Shown: one piece after another, positions 34,354 through 43,820 of the stretch
Layout: every line of letters starts with the position of its first letter
How positions within the stretch are numbered: position 1 is the first letter of the stretch
Assembly: GCA_039802265.1 (NCBI GenBank)
Contig: JBDRWI010000001.1
Coordinates: 4,264 to 68,263 of the forward strand
Source of the DNA: a candidate division WOR-3 bacterium
GTDB taxonomy: Bacteria > Hydrothermota > Tepidihabitantia > SM23-42 > JAOAFX01
Direction of reading: 5' to 3'
DNA: 64,000 nt
The notes under the pieces: generated by a model
Seen by the model: the letters and a program-made list of their open reading frames with translations, nothing else
What the model was told of the DNA's origin: nothing
Database searches by the model: none
Program-made: the position numbers and the translations under genes

Positions 34354-35601
34354 ATGCCTTTTTTAAGAAAAAAAATCTATGCCTGTGCCGGCTATAATAC
34401 AATTGCCCTAGGCTCAGGTAGAAAAGAATTCCATCCCAAAAAACCAAGACCAGGAATTGAACACTATATCAAAGAAGCAGGACTTGGTGCAATAGAACAG
34501 ATAAAAAATCCTGAACATATTGATGAAGGTGTGATTGGAAATTTTGTTGCGGATAGATTTTGCCGTCAGGGTAACCTCGGTGGTTTCTTTCCCTATGTCC
34601 ATCCAACATTCCAATATAAACCCTGCATTCATGTTGAGGGTGCCTGTGATTCAGGTGGGCTGGCATTGGTTACTTCAGTTAAAAATATCCTTTCTGACCT
34701 CGCTGATGTTGTTTTATGTATCGGTGTTGAAGTCCAGAATACCGTGAAGGCACTGTATTGTGCTGATTATCTTGCGGCGGCCGGCTGGTATGCTGGCGAG
34801 AGAAAAAATGGTCATGCCTATTTCTTTCCCGACAAATTTTCTGAACGCGCTGGTGCCTATATGAAGAAGTTTGGTGAACAGAAGACAAGAGAGGCAATGG
34901 CACAGTGGTATGTGAATGCGATTGAGAATGCAAGGAAAAATCCCAAGGCACAGGAGTATCACAATACAAACCCGGATTTGTTTAATACAGCAATGACAAA
35001 GCCAGACCCAAAGTCTTTTTGCGAATTTTTAAATTTCTATGACTGCTCAAAGGTATCGGATGGGGCAAGTGCCTTGATATTTGCCTCCGAAGAGGGATTA
35101 AAAAAGATCGGTGTTGATAAAAAGGATGCGGTGGAAGTTATTGCCTTTGCCCAGGTCCAGGATAATATCACCACCCCGCCACCGGATTTGACAAAACTGA
35201 CGACCTGTGAAATAGCGGCGAAAAGGGCCTATGAAAGGGCAGGAATCAAACCGAATGATTTGAGTGTCCTTGAGGTCCACGATTGTTTTACCATTGCCGG
35301 TATAATGGCTATTGAGGCAGCCGGGTTTGCCAACTATGGTGAAGGTGCAGATTTTGTGAAAGCAGGTAAGACAAAACCAGGTGGAATTATTCCGACAAAT
35401 ACTACGGGTGGTTTGATCGGCTATGGTCACCCAACCGGTGCCACTGGTGTCAGGCAGGCAGTTGATGTGGTCCATCAACTACTTGGTAAGGCGGGTGATT
35501 GTCAGGTGAAGATTGATTCCAGTAGACCCTATGGTATGCTTTCCAGTATGGGCGGCAATGACAAGACCGTAGTTACAATGGTCTTTCGGAAAATAGAATA
35601 A
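34354..35601 (+). CDS. thiolase-domain protein (SCP-x / archaeal-type acetyl-CoA C-acyltransferase)
   Basis: Nucleophile region VEGACDSGGLA, HDCFTIAG, and C-terminal NTTGGLIGYGHPTGATG. GGGAGG upstream. Confidence 0.75.
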   Translation: MPFLRKKIYACAGYNTIALGSGRKEFHPKKPRPGIEHYIKEAGLGAIEQIKNPEHIDEGVIGNFVADRFCRQGNLGGFFPYVHPTFQYKPCIHVEGACDSGGLALVTSVKNILSDLADVVLCIGVEVQNTVKALYCADYLAAAGWYAGERKNGHAYFFPDKFSERAGAYMKKFGEQKTREAMAQWYVNAIENARKNPKAQEYHNTNPDLFNTAMTKPDPKSFCEFLNFYDCSKVSDGASALIFASEEGLKKIGVDKKDAVEVIAFAQVQDNITTPPPDLTKLTTCEIAAKRAYERAGIKPNDLSVLEVHDCFTIAGIMAIEAAGFANYGEGADFVKAGKTKPGGIIPTNTTGGLIGYGHPTGATGVRQAVDVVHQLLGKAGDCQVKIDSSRPYGMLSSMGGNDKTVVTMVFRKIE

Positions 35602-35630
35602 ACTACAAATGTCATTGGTAGTTTTCTTAT

Positions 35631-35660
35631 TTAACCAATTACCATTTAACCATCTAACCA
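35631..35660 (+). repeat. four tandem TTAACCA-type octamers immediately upstream of birA
   Basis: TTAACCAA TTACCAT TTAACCAT CTAACCAG, ending 4 nt before the GTG at 35665. Confidence 0.6.
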
Positions 35661-35664
35661 GACT

Positions 35665-36384
35665 GTGATCATCGGTTCCAAACTTTATTATCTTGAAGAG
35701 GTTGATTCAACAAATGATTATGCAAAGAGGATTGCACCCACGGCACCTGATGGAGCAGTGGTCCTTGCCGAGATGCAGACAGACGGTAAAGGAAGACAGA
35801 ACCGCAAGTGGTATTCGCCAAAGGGTGGACTTTATCTCTCGGTGATAACCAACCCTGAAAACGCTTCACTCATGCCGATTCTGGCCGGTGTTGCAATATG
35901 CGAGACATTCAATAATTATCATATTCTTTTGGGTCTCAAATGGCCCAATGATGTGATGTTGAATGAAAAAAAGGTTGCTGGTGTCCTAATAGAGTTCATT
36001 GACACCAGGTTAATCCTGGGTATTGGAATAAATCTTAACATAACAAGTTTTCCAGAAGAAATAAGGGATAGGGCAACTTCAATATTTCTTGAAACCAAAA
36101 AGAAATTTGATAAGATGTCTATTTACCGAACCCTGTGTCTGGAACTTAACCAGTACTATACTATGCTCAATGATAAAAAGGATTCAACAATACTACAAAA
36201 GTGGAGGAATTATTCAGTTATCTTCGGAAGGAATGTCCTTGTGGAATTGCCCGATAGAAAGATTACGGGGCGTGCCATTGATATTGCCAATGATGGTTCT
36301 TTGATTCTAATGCTCCCCGAGGGTAAGGTTGAAAGAATTTTCGCGGGTGAGTGCCAGGTCATAAAGACACAACCTCAGTGGTAG
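35665..36384 (+). CDS. birA: biotin-[acetyl-CoA-carboxylase] ligase (group I, no HTH domain)
   Basis: Biotin-binding loop QTDGKGRQNRKWYSPKGGLYLS, KWPNDV and KVAGVLIE. GTG start with no SD. Confidence 0.85.
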   Translation: MIIGSKLYYLEEVDSTNDYAKRIAPTAPDGAVVLAEMQTDGKGRQNRKWYSPKGGLYLSVITNPENASLMPILAGVAICETFNNYHILLGLKWPNDVMLNEKKVAGVLIEFIDTRLILGIGINLNITSFPEEIRDRATSIFLETKKKFDKMSIYRTLCLELNQYYTMLNDKKDSTILQKWRNYSVIFGRNVLVELPDRKITGRAIDIANDGSLILMLPEGKVERIFAGECQVIKTQPQW

Positions 36385-36435
36385 TGCGGTTTGGATTAAA
36401 CCCATCGCTAAAAATACCGTAGCCGAGGAGTTGTT

Positions 36436-36855
36436 ATGTTTTATAAAAAATATCAAAATTATTATGTTCTGAGATTGCAAAGGGATGAAGAGATTATACA
36501 GTGTCTTACAGATTTTGCTAAAAAGACAAAGTTAGAAGGTGCATTCCTTTATGGACTGGGTGTTGGTAAAAGGCTTACCTTGGGCTATTTTGATGCACAT
36601 AAAAAATCTTACATTAAAAAGCAATTCAAGGGTGAATATGAATTCACGAGTTTCCTCGGCAATATCTCTTATTTTGAAGAAGAGCCGGTCATCCATATCC
36701 ATGTTACGATAACTGACAAAAGATTCAATGCCTATGGTGGGCACCTATTTTTCGGCTATGTCCCGGCGACGCTGGAGATAGTTATATTCCCATTTGACAA
36801 AAAATTGTTGCGTGAAAAGGATACTGATACGGGTCTGAATCTCCTAAAGATATAA
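36436..36855 (+). CDS. PPC (DUF296) domain protein
   Basis: YVLRLQRDEEI...GAFLYGLGV...FTSFLGNISYFEEEPVIHIHVTI...YGGHLFFGYV...LEIVI matches the DUF296/PPC pattern. Confidence 0.7.
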   Translation: MFYKKYQNYYVLRLQRDEEIIQCLTDFAKKTKLEGAFLYGLGVGKRLTLGYFDAHKKSYIKKQFKGEYEFTSFLGNISYFEEEPVIHIHVTITDKRFNAYGGHLFFGYVPATLEIVIFPFDKKLLREKDTDTGLNLLKI

Positions 36856-36904
36856 ACTGGATTTTTTATCTGATGATCGCAACTTTTATTAAAATGGTGC
36901 CCGT

Positions 36905-37414
36905 ATGATTCAGATATACACTGGAAACGGAAAAGGAAAGACGACCGCTGCGCTTGGTCTTGCCCTGCGCGCCATCGGACATAACAAAAAGGTAATAATG
37001 ATTCAGTTTATGAAGGGCAAGATCAACTATGGTGAATTGAAATCCGCCAGACTCTTAAAGAATTTTAAGATTGAGCAATACGGCCGGCCGGACTTTGTTG
37101 ACAAAGACCATCCTGCCAGGATCGATATTGAACTTGCAAGAAAGGGATTTGAACGGGCAAAAGAGGTAATTAAGGGCAAGAAATACGATATCGTGATCCT
37201 GGATGAGTTGAATGTGGCGGTTGATTACGGATTGATTCCTGTCACAGAAGTTATTGAACTGTTCAAGAAGACACCCAAGAAGATTGAACTTATCATTACC
37301 GGTCGTTATATGCCTGAAGAATTTAAAAATTATGCAGATTTGATAAGTGAGGTGATGGAGGTCAAACACTACTTTCAAAAAGGAACAAAGGCGAGGAAGG
37401 GAATTGAATATTGA
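36905..37414 (+). CDS. cobO: cob(I)yrinic acid a,c-diamide adenosyltransferase (CobO/BtuR type)
   Basis: IQIYTGNGKGKTTAALGLALRAIGH P-loop, VILDELN, and the C-terminal KGIEY. Confidence 0.85.
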   Translation: MIQIYTGNGKGKTTAALGLALRAIGHNKKVIMIQFMKGKINYGELKSARLLKNFKIEQYGRPDFVDKDHPARIDIELARKGFERAKEVIKGKKYDIVILDELNVAVDYGLIPVTEVIELFKKTPKKIELIITGRYMPEEFKNYADLISEVMEVKHYFQKGTKARKGIEY

Positions 37415-37438
37415 CATTAAAGAGAATTTTATTATAAT
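37411..37438 (+). promoter_or_regulatory. sigma70-type promoter upstream of rpoZ-coaBC
   Basis: TTGACA (37411-37416, overlapping the cobO stop), 16-nt spacer, TATAAT (37433-37438). A ~160-nt leader precedes the rpoZ ATG. Confidence 0.6.
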
Positions 37439-37605
37439 ATAATTCGGTAAGTTTTTACCAGAAATTGTAGGGTGGCTGCATAAAAATTAATGGCAAGGTT
37501 AAAAATTGCCAAGAAATCAAAGAGGAACCAATTGGAACAGTTTTGGGAAAATCTAAATGATTCCGATTTTTAGTTATTTAGGTATTTGAGAGAGCAAGGA
37601 GGTAT

Positions 37606-37791
37606 ATGTTCTTTCCGATTGAGAAGATTTGGGAACATTATAAAAATAAATATAAAGCAATAAATATTGGTGCATTGTATTCGCGAAAGTTAAAAGATGA
37701 ACAGTCGCAGGGACTTGGAGATAAAGACATCAATCCGATAAAAGAGTCTTTAATAAAACTTTCGCTGGGGAAGATAAAGGCAAAAGAATGA
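37606..37791 (+). CDS. rpoZ: DNA-directed RNA polymerase subunit omega (probable)
   Basis: 61 aa. NKYKAINIGALYSRKL aligns with the (S/N)(K/R)Y..v..aa.RAr core of omega, and NPIKESLIKLSLGKIK with the kp...Al.Ei..Gki segment. It sits directly upstream of coaBC, a common rpoZ position. AAGGAGG upstream. Confidence 0.6.
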   Translation: MFFPIEKIWEHYKNKYKAINIGALYSRKLKDEQSQGLGDKDINPIKESLIKLSLGKIKAKE

Positions 37792-38951
37792 AGGTTGTCT
37801 TGGGTATAACCGGTTCAATTGCTGCCTACAAGTCTTTGGAATTAATAAGGATTATAAAAAAGAACAAGGGCGAGGTTAAGGTTATTCTGACCCAATCCGC
37901 AACAAATTTCGTCACGCCGCTTTCCTGTCAGACCCTCGCTGAAGAGGAAGTCTATATTGACCAGTTTGTTTTAACAAAGGGAATGAAACATCTGAGTCTT
38001 TCAGAATGGGGTGATATCCTCGTTGTGGCGCCAGCGACGGCTAATATAATCGGCAAAACTGCCTCAGGAATTGGCGACGACCTCCTTTCAACAACTATCA
38101 TCTCCTTCCCGAAACCGGTGCTCTTTGTTCCGGCAATGGATGAAGGGATGTGGGATAATAAGATTGTTACAAAAAATGTCCGGCATTTAAAAGAGTTAGG
38201 CTATCACTTCCTGGAACCGGTTTCTGGATTACTTGCCTCAGGTAAAATTGGTCGTGGTCGATTTCCGCCAATTGAGAGAATATACAAAAAGATCCAGACG
38301 ATATTGGCAAATTATAGCACACTCTCCGGTAGGAAGATTCTCATCACCGGAGGCAGAACCGAAGAAGATATTGACCCGGTGCGGGTTATTACCAATCGAT
38401 CCAGCGGCCTCATGGCAAAGGAACTATATGAAGCAGCAGTCTGCCGTGATGCCCAAACAAGGCTGATTATGGGTGAGGCAGATATTCAATTATCAGACGA
38501 GACCGATTTACTAAGGGTACGCACCTCTGAAGAGATGCTTGAGGCAATGAAACAGAATATTCCCTGGTGTGATTATTTGATTATGGCGGCAGCGGTCGGT
38601 GACTACATCCCGAAGACCAAACTTACAAGCAAGGTTCATACCGCAGCCCTGAAGATTGAACTCAGAAGAAATATCGATTTACTCCAGGCGGTTAAAAAAG
38701 ACAAAAGGGATAAAATTTATGTGGGATTCTCCCTTGAGGATAGAAATCCTTTAAAAAGGGCAAAGGAAAAGTTGGTCAAAAAGGAATTAGATTTTGTAGT
38801 GCTCAATCCCATAAATGCAATTGGCAGTGACAGAATCTCACCTATTATCCTGAAAAGAGATGGCCGGATTTTTAATCTCGGGGTGATGAGCAAATGGGAA
38901 CTGGCAAATAAAATCCTTGATGAATGTCTGTCTTTAAAAAATTCAACTTAG
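37788..38951 (+). CDS. coaBC: bifunctional phosphopantothenoylcysteine decarboxylase / phosphopantothenate-cysteine ligase
   Basis: N-terminal flavoprotein motifs ITGSIAAYK and PATANIIGK. C-terminal CoaB motifs ITGGRTEEDIDPVRVITNRSSG and AAAVGDY. Confidence 0.9.
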   Translation: MKVVLGITGSIAAYKSLELIRIIKKNKGEVKVILTQSATNFVTPLSCQTLAEEEVYIDQFVLTKGMKHLSLSEWGDILVVAPATANIIGKTASGIGDDLLSTTIISFPKPVLFVPAMDEGMWDNKIVTKNVRHLKELGYHFLEPVSGLLASGKIGRGRFPPIERIYKKIQTILANYSTLSGRKILITGGRTEEDIDPVRVITNRSSGLMAKELYEAAVCRDAQTRLIMGEADIQLSDETDLLRVRTSEEMLEAMKQNIPWCDYLIMAAAVGDYIPKTKLTSKVHTAALKIELRRNIDLLQAVKKDKRDKIYVGFSLEDRNPLKRAKEKLVKKELDFVVLNPINAIGSDRISPIILKRDGRIFNLGVMSKWELANKILDECLSLKNST

Positions 38952-38963
38952 CCGGAACCCCTT

Positions 38964-40331
38964 ATGGAAGAGAGAAAAATCCCACCCCACTCCTTAGAGG
39001 CAGAAGAGGCGGTGCTTGGTGCTGCCCTGCTTGATGAGGTTGCAGTAAATAAAATCCTTGAAATTTTACAGGAAAGTCATTTCTATTCACCGGCAAATCA
39101 AAAAATCTTTCGCGCAATTGTTGAGCTCTTCAACCGTAATATTACACCCGACCTTATTACTGTGACCGACTGGCTTAAACAGAACAAGATGCTTGATGAG
39201 ATAGGTGGTCCTGAATATGTCTCAAATATTGTAGCAAATGTGATTACCACGGCGAATGTTGAACACCATGCCCGTGTCGTCCTTGATAAGGCAATAAAGA
39301 GAAGTCTGATTCGTTCTTCTATGGAGGTTTTAAAGAATGCATTTGAAGATACCCAGCCGGCGAGTGAACTCGTGGATGAGGCACAGAATATGATATTTCA
39401 GATAAGAGAAAAGGGATTGAGAAAAGAACCAGTCCATATCAGGGAATATATTACCAAAATCCTTGAGACTGCAGAAAAGATGCGCGGTGAAAGACTGATA
39501 ACCGGTGTTGAAACCGGGTACTACATCCTTGATGAGGTCACTTCCGGATTTCAAAAGGGCGATTTTATAGTAATTGCGGGTAGGCCAAGTATGGGCAAGA
39601 CTGCGTTTGCCCTCAATATTGCTGCATTTGCGGCACTGAAGAACAATGTGCCAGTGGCAATCTTTTCGCTGGAAATGTCAGCTGAGGCACTGGTTAAAAG
39701 AATGTTGTGCACCGAGGCTGAAGTAAATATTAAAGATTTGAGTCGTGGGAAATTGACGACCCAGGAGTGGGTTAATCTTTCAACCGCTGCCGGTAACCTC
39801 GACCGTGCGCCAATATTCATTGATGACTCAGCGAGTCTTACTGTCTTGGAATTAAAGACCAAGGCAAGGAGATTAAAGGCAGATAATGATATCCAGTTGA
39901 TGATTATTGACTATCTCCAGCTCCTTGCCGGATCTTTTTCAAAACCCGGGATCTCAAGACAACAAGAAATATCAGAGATTTCACGCTCCTTAAAGGCACT
40001 GGCAAAGGAACTGGACCTGCCCCTTGTCGTGGTCTCGCAGTTATCAAGGATGCCCGAACAGAGGCATGAGGACCACCGACCCAGACTCGCTGATTTAAGG
40101 GAGAGTGGAGCAATTGAGCAGGATGCCGATGTTGTGATTTTTATCTATCGTGATGAAATCTATAATCCTGATACAGAAAAGAAGGGTATTGCAGAAATCA
40201 ATGTTGCAAAACAGCGTAATGGACCAACAAAAATATTTGAACTTGGTTTCATCGGTGAATATACCCGCTTCAGCAATCTGGCATTGAGGGAAGAGGCATT
40301 GCTGGAATTAGAGGAAAGTGAACCTTTTTAG
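38964..40331 (+). CDS. dnaB: replicative DNA helicase DnaB
   Basis: PPHSLEAEEAVLGA N-domain, Walker A GRPSMGKTAF, IIDYLQL, SQLSR and RESGAIEQDAD. No intein. Confidence 0.95.
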   Translation: MEERKIPPHSLEAEEAVLGAALLDEVAVNKILEILQESHFYSPANQKIFRAIVELFNRNITPDLITVTDWLKQNKMLDEIGGPEYVSNIVANVITTANVEHHARVVLDKAIKRSLIRSSMEVLKNAFEDTQPASELVDEAQNMIFQIREKGLRKEPVHIREYITKILETAEKMRGERLITGVETGYYILDEVTSGFQKGDFIVIAGRPSMGKTAFALNIAAFAALKNNVPVAIFSLEMSAEALVKRMLCTEAEVNIKDLSRGKLTTQEWVNLSTAAGNLDRAPIFIDDSASLTVLELKTKARRLKADNDIQLMIIDYLQLLAGSFSKPGISRQQEISEISRSLKALAKELDLPLVVVSQLSRMPEQRHEDHRPRLADLRESGAIEQDADVVIFIYRDEIYNPDTEKKGIAEINVAKQRNGPTKIFELGFIGEYTRFSNLALREEALLELEESEPF

Positions 40332-41055
40332 ACACATCTACGATTTTACCGCATTCTTCGTTCGCAGTCTATTCTTTGTCTGGCAGTTAGGCAAATCAAA
40401 GGGCCGCATTGCGGAACAGATCTACAATGTCGGATTTGGTTCGCTACCCATTATCTTTTTGGTCTCAGCATTTTTGGGAATGGTAACAACCGTCCAGTTA
40501 TCCTATCAATTGCTGGCATATCTCCCCAGATATTATCTTGGGGCTGCAATTGGCCGAATGGTCTTGATTGAATTAGGACCGGTTTTAACCGGCCTGGTGG
40601 TCTGCGGTCGCTGTGCCTCAGCAATGGCCGCCGAGGTTGGAACAATGAGGGTAACCGAACAGATTGATGCCCTTGAGGTGATGGCGATTGACCCTTATCG
40701 CTTCTTAAACTTTCCGCGAATACTCGGAACCTTAATCTCCCTACCCCTCCTTACGGTCTTTAGCGAATTTGTTGCAATCCTTACTGGTGCAGTCTATGGA
40801 CACCTTTTCCTGAATATCCCTTTCAGTGTCTTCAATTATGGCCTGGTAAGAAACTTCTTTCACCGGGATCTATTCGGCGGCTTACTAAAGGCTGTCCTCT
40901 TCTCTCTGGTTATATCAAACAGTGGTTGCTACTTTGGCTACAATGTAAAGGGCGGTGCCCGGGAGGTTGGAATCGCCACAACCTATGCCGTGGTTACCGC
41001 CTCAATTCTAATATTACTTCTGGATTTTATTGTAGCACTGGTTGTCTTTGGATAA
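40318..41055 (+). CDS. mlaE: MlaE-family ABC transporter permease
   Basis: Polytopic membrane protein with ELGPVLTGLVVCGR...GTMRVTEQIDALEVMAIDP, the MlaE/YrbE signature. Confidence 0.85.
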   Translation: MNLFRHIYDFTAFFVRSLFFVWQLGKSKGRIAEQIYNVGFGSLPIIFLVSAFLGMVTTVQLSYQLLAYLPRYYLGAAIGRMVLIELGPVLTGLVVCGRCASAMAAEVGTMRVTEQIDALEVMAIDPYRFLNFPRILGTLISLPLLTVFSEFVAILTGAVYGHLFLNIPFSVFNYGLVRNFFHRDLFGGLLKAVLFSLVISNSGCYFGYNVKGGAREVGIATTYAVVTASILILLLDFIVALVVFG

Positions 41056-41056
41056 A

Positions 41057-41743
41057 ATGATTGAGATAAAGGAACTTTCCAAAAAATTTGATGGCAATGT
41101 TGTCCTTGATCGCGTGAGCCTGACCATAAAGGATGGCTCGCTCGTCGTAATCTTGGGTCCCTCAGGAACCGGTAAGACGGTTCTTTTGAAATCAATATTG
41201 GGATTACTACCGGTTGATGGTGGGAGGGTAGAGTATGATGGAAAGTCAATATTTGAACTCAAGCCCGCTGAGTTATACCAGCTTCGGAAACAGGTCGGCT
41301 TCGTATTTCAATCCGCCGCCCTCTTTGATTCAATGACTGTCTATGAAAATATTGCCCTGCCCATAAGTGAGCATACTACACTTTCGCCAAAAAAGATAAA
41401 GGAAAAGGTAAAAAATATTCTTGAGATTGTTGGACTCCCCAATAAAGAAAGGCTCTATCCCCGCTCGCTTTCCGGTGGTATGAAGAGACTGGTTGCAATC
41501 GGCCGGGCAATCGCCCTTGACCCGAAATATCTATTTTATGATGAACCAACAACCGGTTTGGACCCGGTGATGAAGGATAGGATTGTTCAATTGATAATAA
41601 ATCTAAAACAGAATTACAAAAAGACTGGAATCGTCGTTACCCATGACCTCCAGACAGCGGAGGCAGTGGGTGACGAAATCTATATGTTAAAAAATGGTAA
41701 GATAAACAGATTAGAAGAGATAAAAAAGGAATTATATGGATAA
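41057..41743 (+). CDS. mlaF: MlaF-type ABC transporter ATP-binding protein
   Basis: Walker A GPSGTGKT, signature LSGGMKR, Walker B LFYDEP. ATG 41057 lies just after the mlaE stop (the track start TTG 41042 overlaps it). Confidence 0.85.
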   Translation: MIEIKELSKKFDGNVVLDRVSLTIKDGSLVVILGPSGTGKTVLLKSILGLLPVDGGRVEYDGKSIFELKPAELYQLRKQVGFVFQSAALFDSMTVYENIALPISEHTTLSPKKIKEKVKNILEIVGLPNKERLYPRSLSGGMKRLVAIGRAIALDPKYLFYDEPTTGLDPVMKDRIVQLIINLKQNYKKTGIVVTHDLQTAEAVGDEIYMLKNGKINRLEEIKKELYG

Positions 41744-42476
41744 AGATATTAAAAAGACCATGGCTGGTGTCTATATAGTGGGAGGAATAGTTCTCTTTAT
41801 CCTCTTTTATATCTGGCTTTCAGGAAAGATCGGACTGCGAGCAACCTATGATATAAAGGTTTACTTCTCGGATATTACCTGGCTAAGGCGCGGTGACCCC
41901 GTGATTATCTATGGAATTGAAAAGGGAAAGGTAAAGTCCTACCACATTGAAGGAGACAGGGTCCTCGTTACCCTGGCAATTGATAAGGATGTCCGACTGC
42001 CTGAAGATTCCAAGATTGCCATTCGCCTTGTCAATTATTTAGGTTCTGACCGTTATATAAAGATTATCCCGGGTAAGGGAGATAAGATTCCTGAGGTCTA
42101 TTATGGTACTGACGAGACCCTGCTCTTTGAGGCAATTGCGGCAAAATTGGATTCCATTACTGCGGTCTTTGACAACCTTTCATTACCCGATTTTAACAAA
42201 TTGAGTTTTGATATCGTTCACCTTCTTGATGAGAATCTCCGCAGACTTTCTGAATCATTAAAAGAACCGAGTGAAAAGGTTAATGAACTCATCACGCGCA
42301 TGGATATTTTGTTTGACTCCCTTACCGCCTTAACCGAGAAAGAAGGAACGGTCAATAAACTGATAAAGTCCGATGAATTGTATCAAGAAATCCTGGCAAC
42401 GAATAAGGCATTGCGGGAACTTCTGGAGGATATAAAGGCAAATCCCGAGCGTTATATAAAGATAAAGGTGTTTTGA
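41736..42476 (+). CDS. mlaD: MlaD/MCE-domain protein
   Basis: N-terminal TM helix, then an MCE-domain pattern (YFSDITWLRRGDPVIIYGIEKGKV...V.L). It completes the mlaEFD order. Confidence 0.75.
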   Translation: MDKDIKKTMAGVYIVGGIVLFILFYIWLSGKIGLRATYDIKVYFSDITWLRRGDPVIIYGIEKGKVKSYHIEGDRVLVTLAIDKDVRLPEDSKIAIRLVNYLGSDRYIKIIPGKGDKIPEVYYGTDETLLFEAIAAKLDSITAVFDNLSLPDFNKLSFDIVHLLDENLRRLSESLKEPSEKVNELITRMDILFDSLTALTEKEGTVNKLIKSDELYQEILATNKALRELLEDIKANPERYIKIKVF

Positions 42477-43808
42477 ATGAAAAAGACAAAATTTGTCTGT
42501 CAGAATTGTGGTGCATACTCTTCCAAGTGGCTCGGTAGATGTCCGAACTGCAGTGAATTCAACACAATGGTAGAAGAGATTATAGAGGAGAAGAAAAGAG
42601 AGCCGGTAAAAGATATCAAACCCATCTTATTAGCCGAAGTCCCTTACCAGGAACAGACCAGACGCTCGGTGGGTATTACAGAACTTGACCGTGTTCTGGG
42701 AGGTGGTCTGGTTAAGGGGTCATTGATTTTACTCGGCGGTGATCCGGGGATTGGTAAATCAACCCTTATGCTACAAATTTCTGATTATCTCGCTCGCAAC
42801 AACGGTGCCGTCTTTTATGTCAGCGGCGAAGAGTCACCAGTTCAAATACGACTGCGCGCCGAGAGAATAAATGTCTCCGGAAAGGGAATCAAATTTCTTG
42901 CCGAAACCGAACTCGAGACAATTCTCAAAATCGCTGAAGAGGTAAAACCCGATTTGATGGTCATCGACTCAATCCAGACGATTTACAAATCAGAGATTTC
43001 TTCTGCACCCGGGAGTGTTGCCCAGGTGAGGGAGTGCGGCGGTGATTTGATGAGATTCGCCAAGGAGAGAGGAATTACCACAGTCATCATCGGACATGTT
43101 ACAAAATTTGGCGTCATCGCCGGTCCAAAAACCTTAGAGCACATCGTTGATACAGTTTTATATTTTGAAGGAGAAAAAGAAGGGCAGTATCGCATCTTAA
43201 GGGCAATAAAAAACCGGTTTGGCTCAACCAATGAAATTGGTGTATTTGAGATGACAGCAAACGGCTTAAAAGAGGTGAACAACCCTTCTTCAATATTTAT
43301 CTCCGGCTGCGGTGCCCCGGGCTCGGCAATCGTATCAGTAATTGAAGGTTCAAGGCCAATTCTGGTTGAAGTTCAGGCACTAACCAGTCCGACTTTTTTT
43401 AATTACCCCCAGCGGATTACAACCGGGATAGATTATAAAAGACTTTCCATGCTCCTTGCCGTCTTAGAAAGGAGAGCCGGGATAAATCCCTATGGACTTG
43501 ATTGCTTTGTCAATGTAGTGGGCGGAATAAAATTGTTTGAACCATCAAGCGATTTAGGCATTCTGCTGGCAATTGCCTCTTCAATAAAAAATAGACCGTT
43601 GAATAAAAATATGCTGGTGATTGGTGAAGTAGGACTCGGCGGTGAGGTACGCCCGGTGCATAGTATTGACCTGAGAATAAAAGAGGCGGAAAAACTGGGT
43701 ATGAAAGTTGCACTGGTACCTACAAAGAATACCATTCCCAAAGATACCGGGATAGATATTGCCAGGGTTGGTGATGTAAAAGAGGCAATCGAAGTAGGTA
43801 TTGGATAA
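42477..43808 (+). CDS. radA: DNA repair protein RadA/Sms
   Basis: Zinc finger CQNCG...CPNC, Walker A GGDPGIGKST, KNRFG, and a Lon-protease-like C-terminus (GEVGLGGEVRPV). Confidence 0.95.
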   Translation: MKKTKFVCQNCGAYSSKWLGRCPNCSEFNTMVEEIIEEKKREPVKDIKPILLAEVPYQEQTRRSVGITELDRVLGGGLVKGSLILLGGDPGIGKSTLMLQISDYLARNNGAVFYVSGEESPVQIRLRAERINVSGKGIKFLAETELETILKIAEEVKPDLMVIDSIQTIYKSEISSAPGSVAQVRECGGDLMRFAKERGITTVIIGHVTKFGVIAGPKTLEHIVDTVLYFEGEKEGQYRILRAIKNRFGSTNEIGVFEMTANGLKEVNNPSSIFISGCGAPGSAIVSVIEGSRPILVEVQALTSPTFFNYPQRITTGIDYKRLSMLLAVLERRAGINPYGLDCFVNVVGGIKLFEPSSDLGILLAIASSIKNRPLNKNMLVIGEVGLGGEVRPVHSIDLRIKEAEKLGMKVALVPTKNTIPKDTGIDIARVGDVKEAIEVGIG

Positions 43809-43820
43809 GAGGGAGGTCTT

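Noticed and set aside
37490-37573. 27-codon ORF (MARLKIAKKSKRNQLEQFWENLNDSDF) in the rpoZ leader
   Set aside because: No SD or leaderless geometry, and no recognisable peptide family. It cannot be distinguished from a chance ORF.
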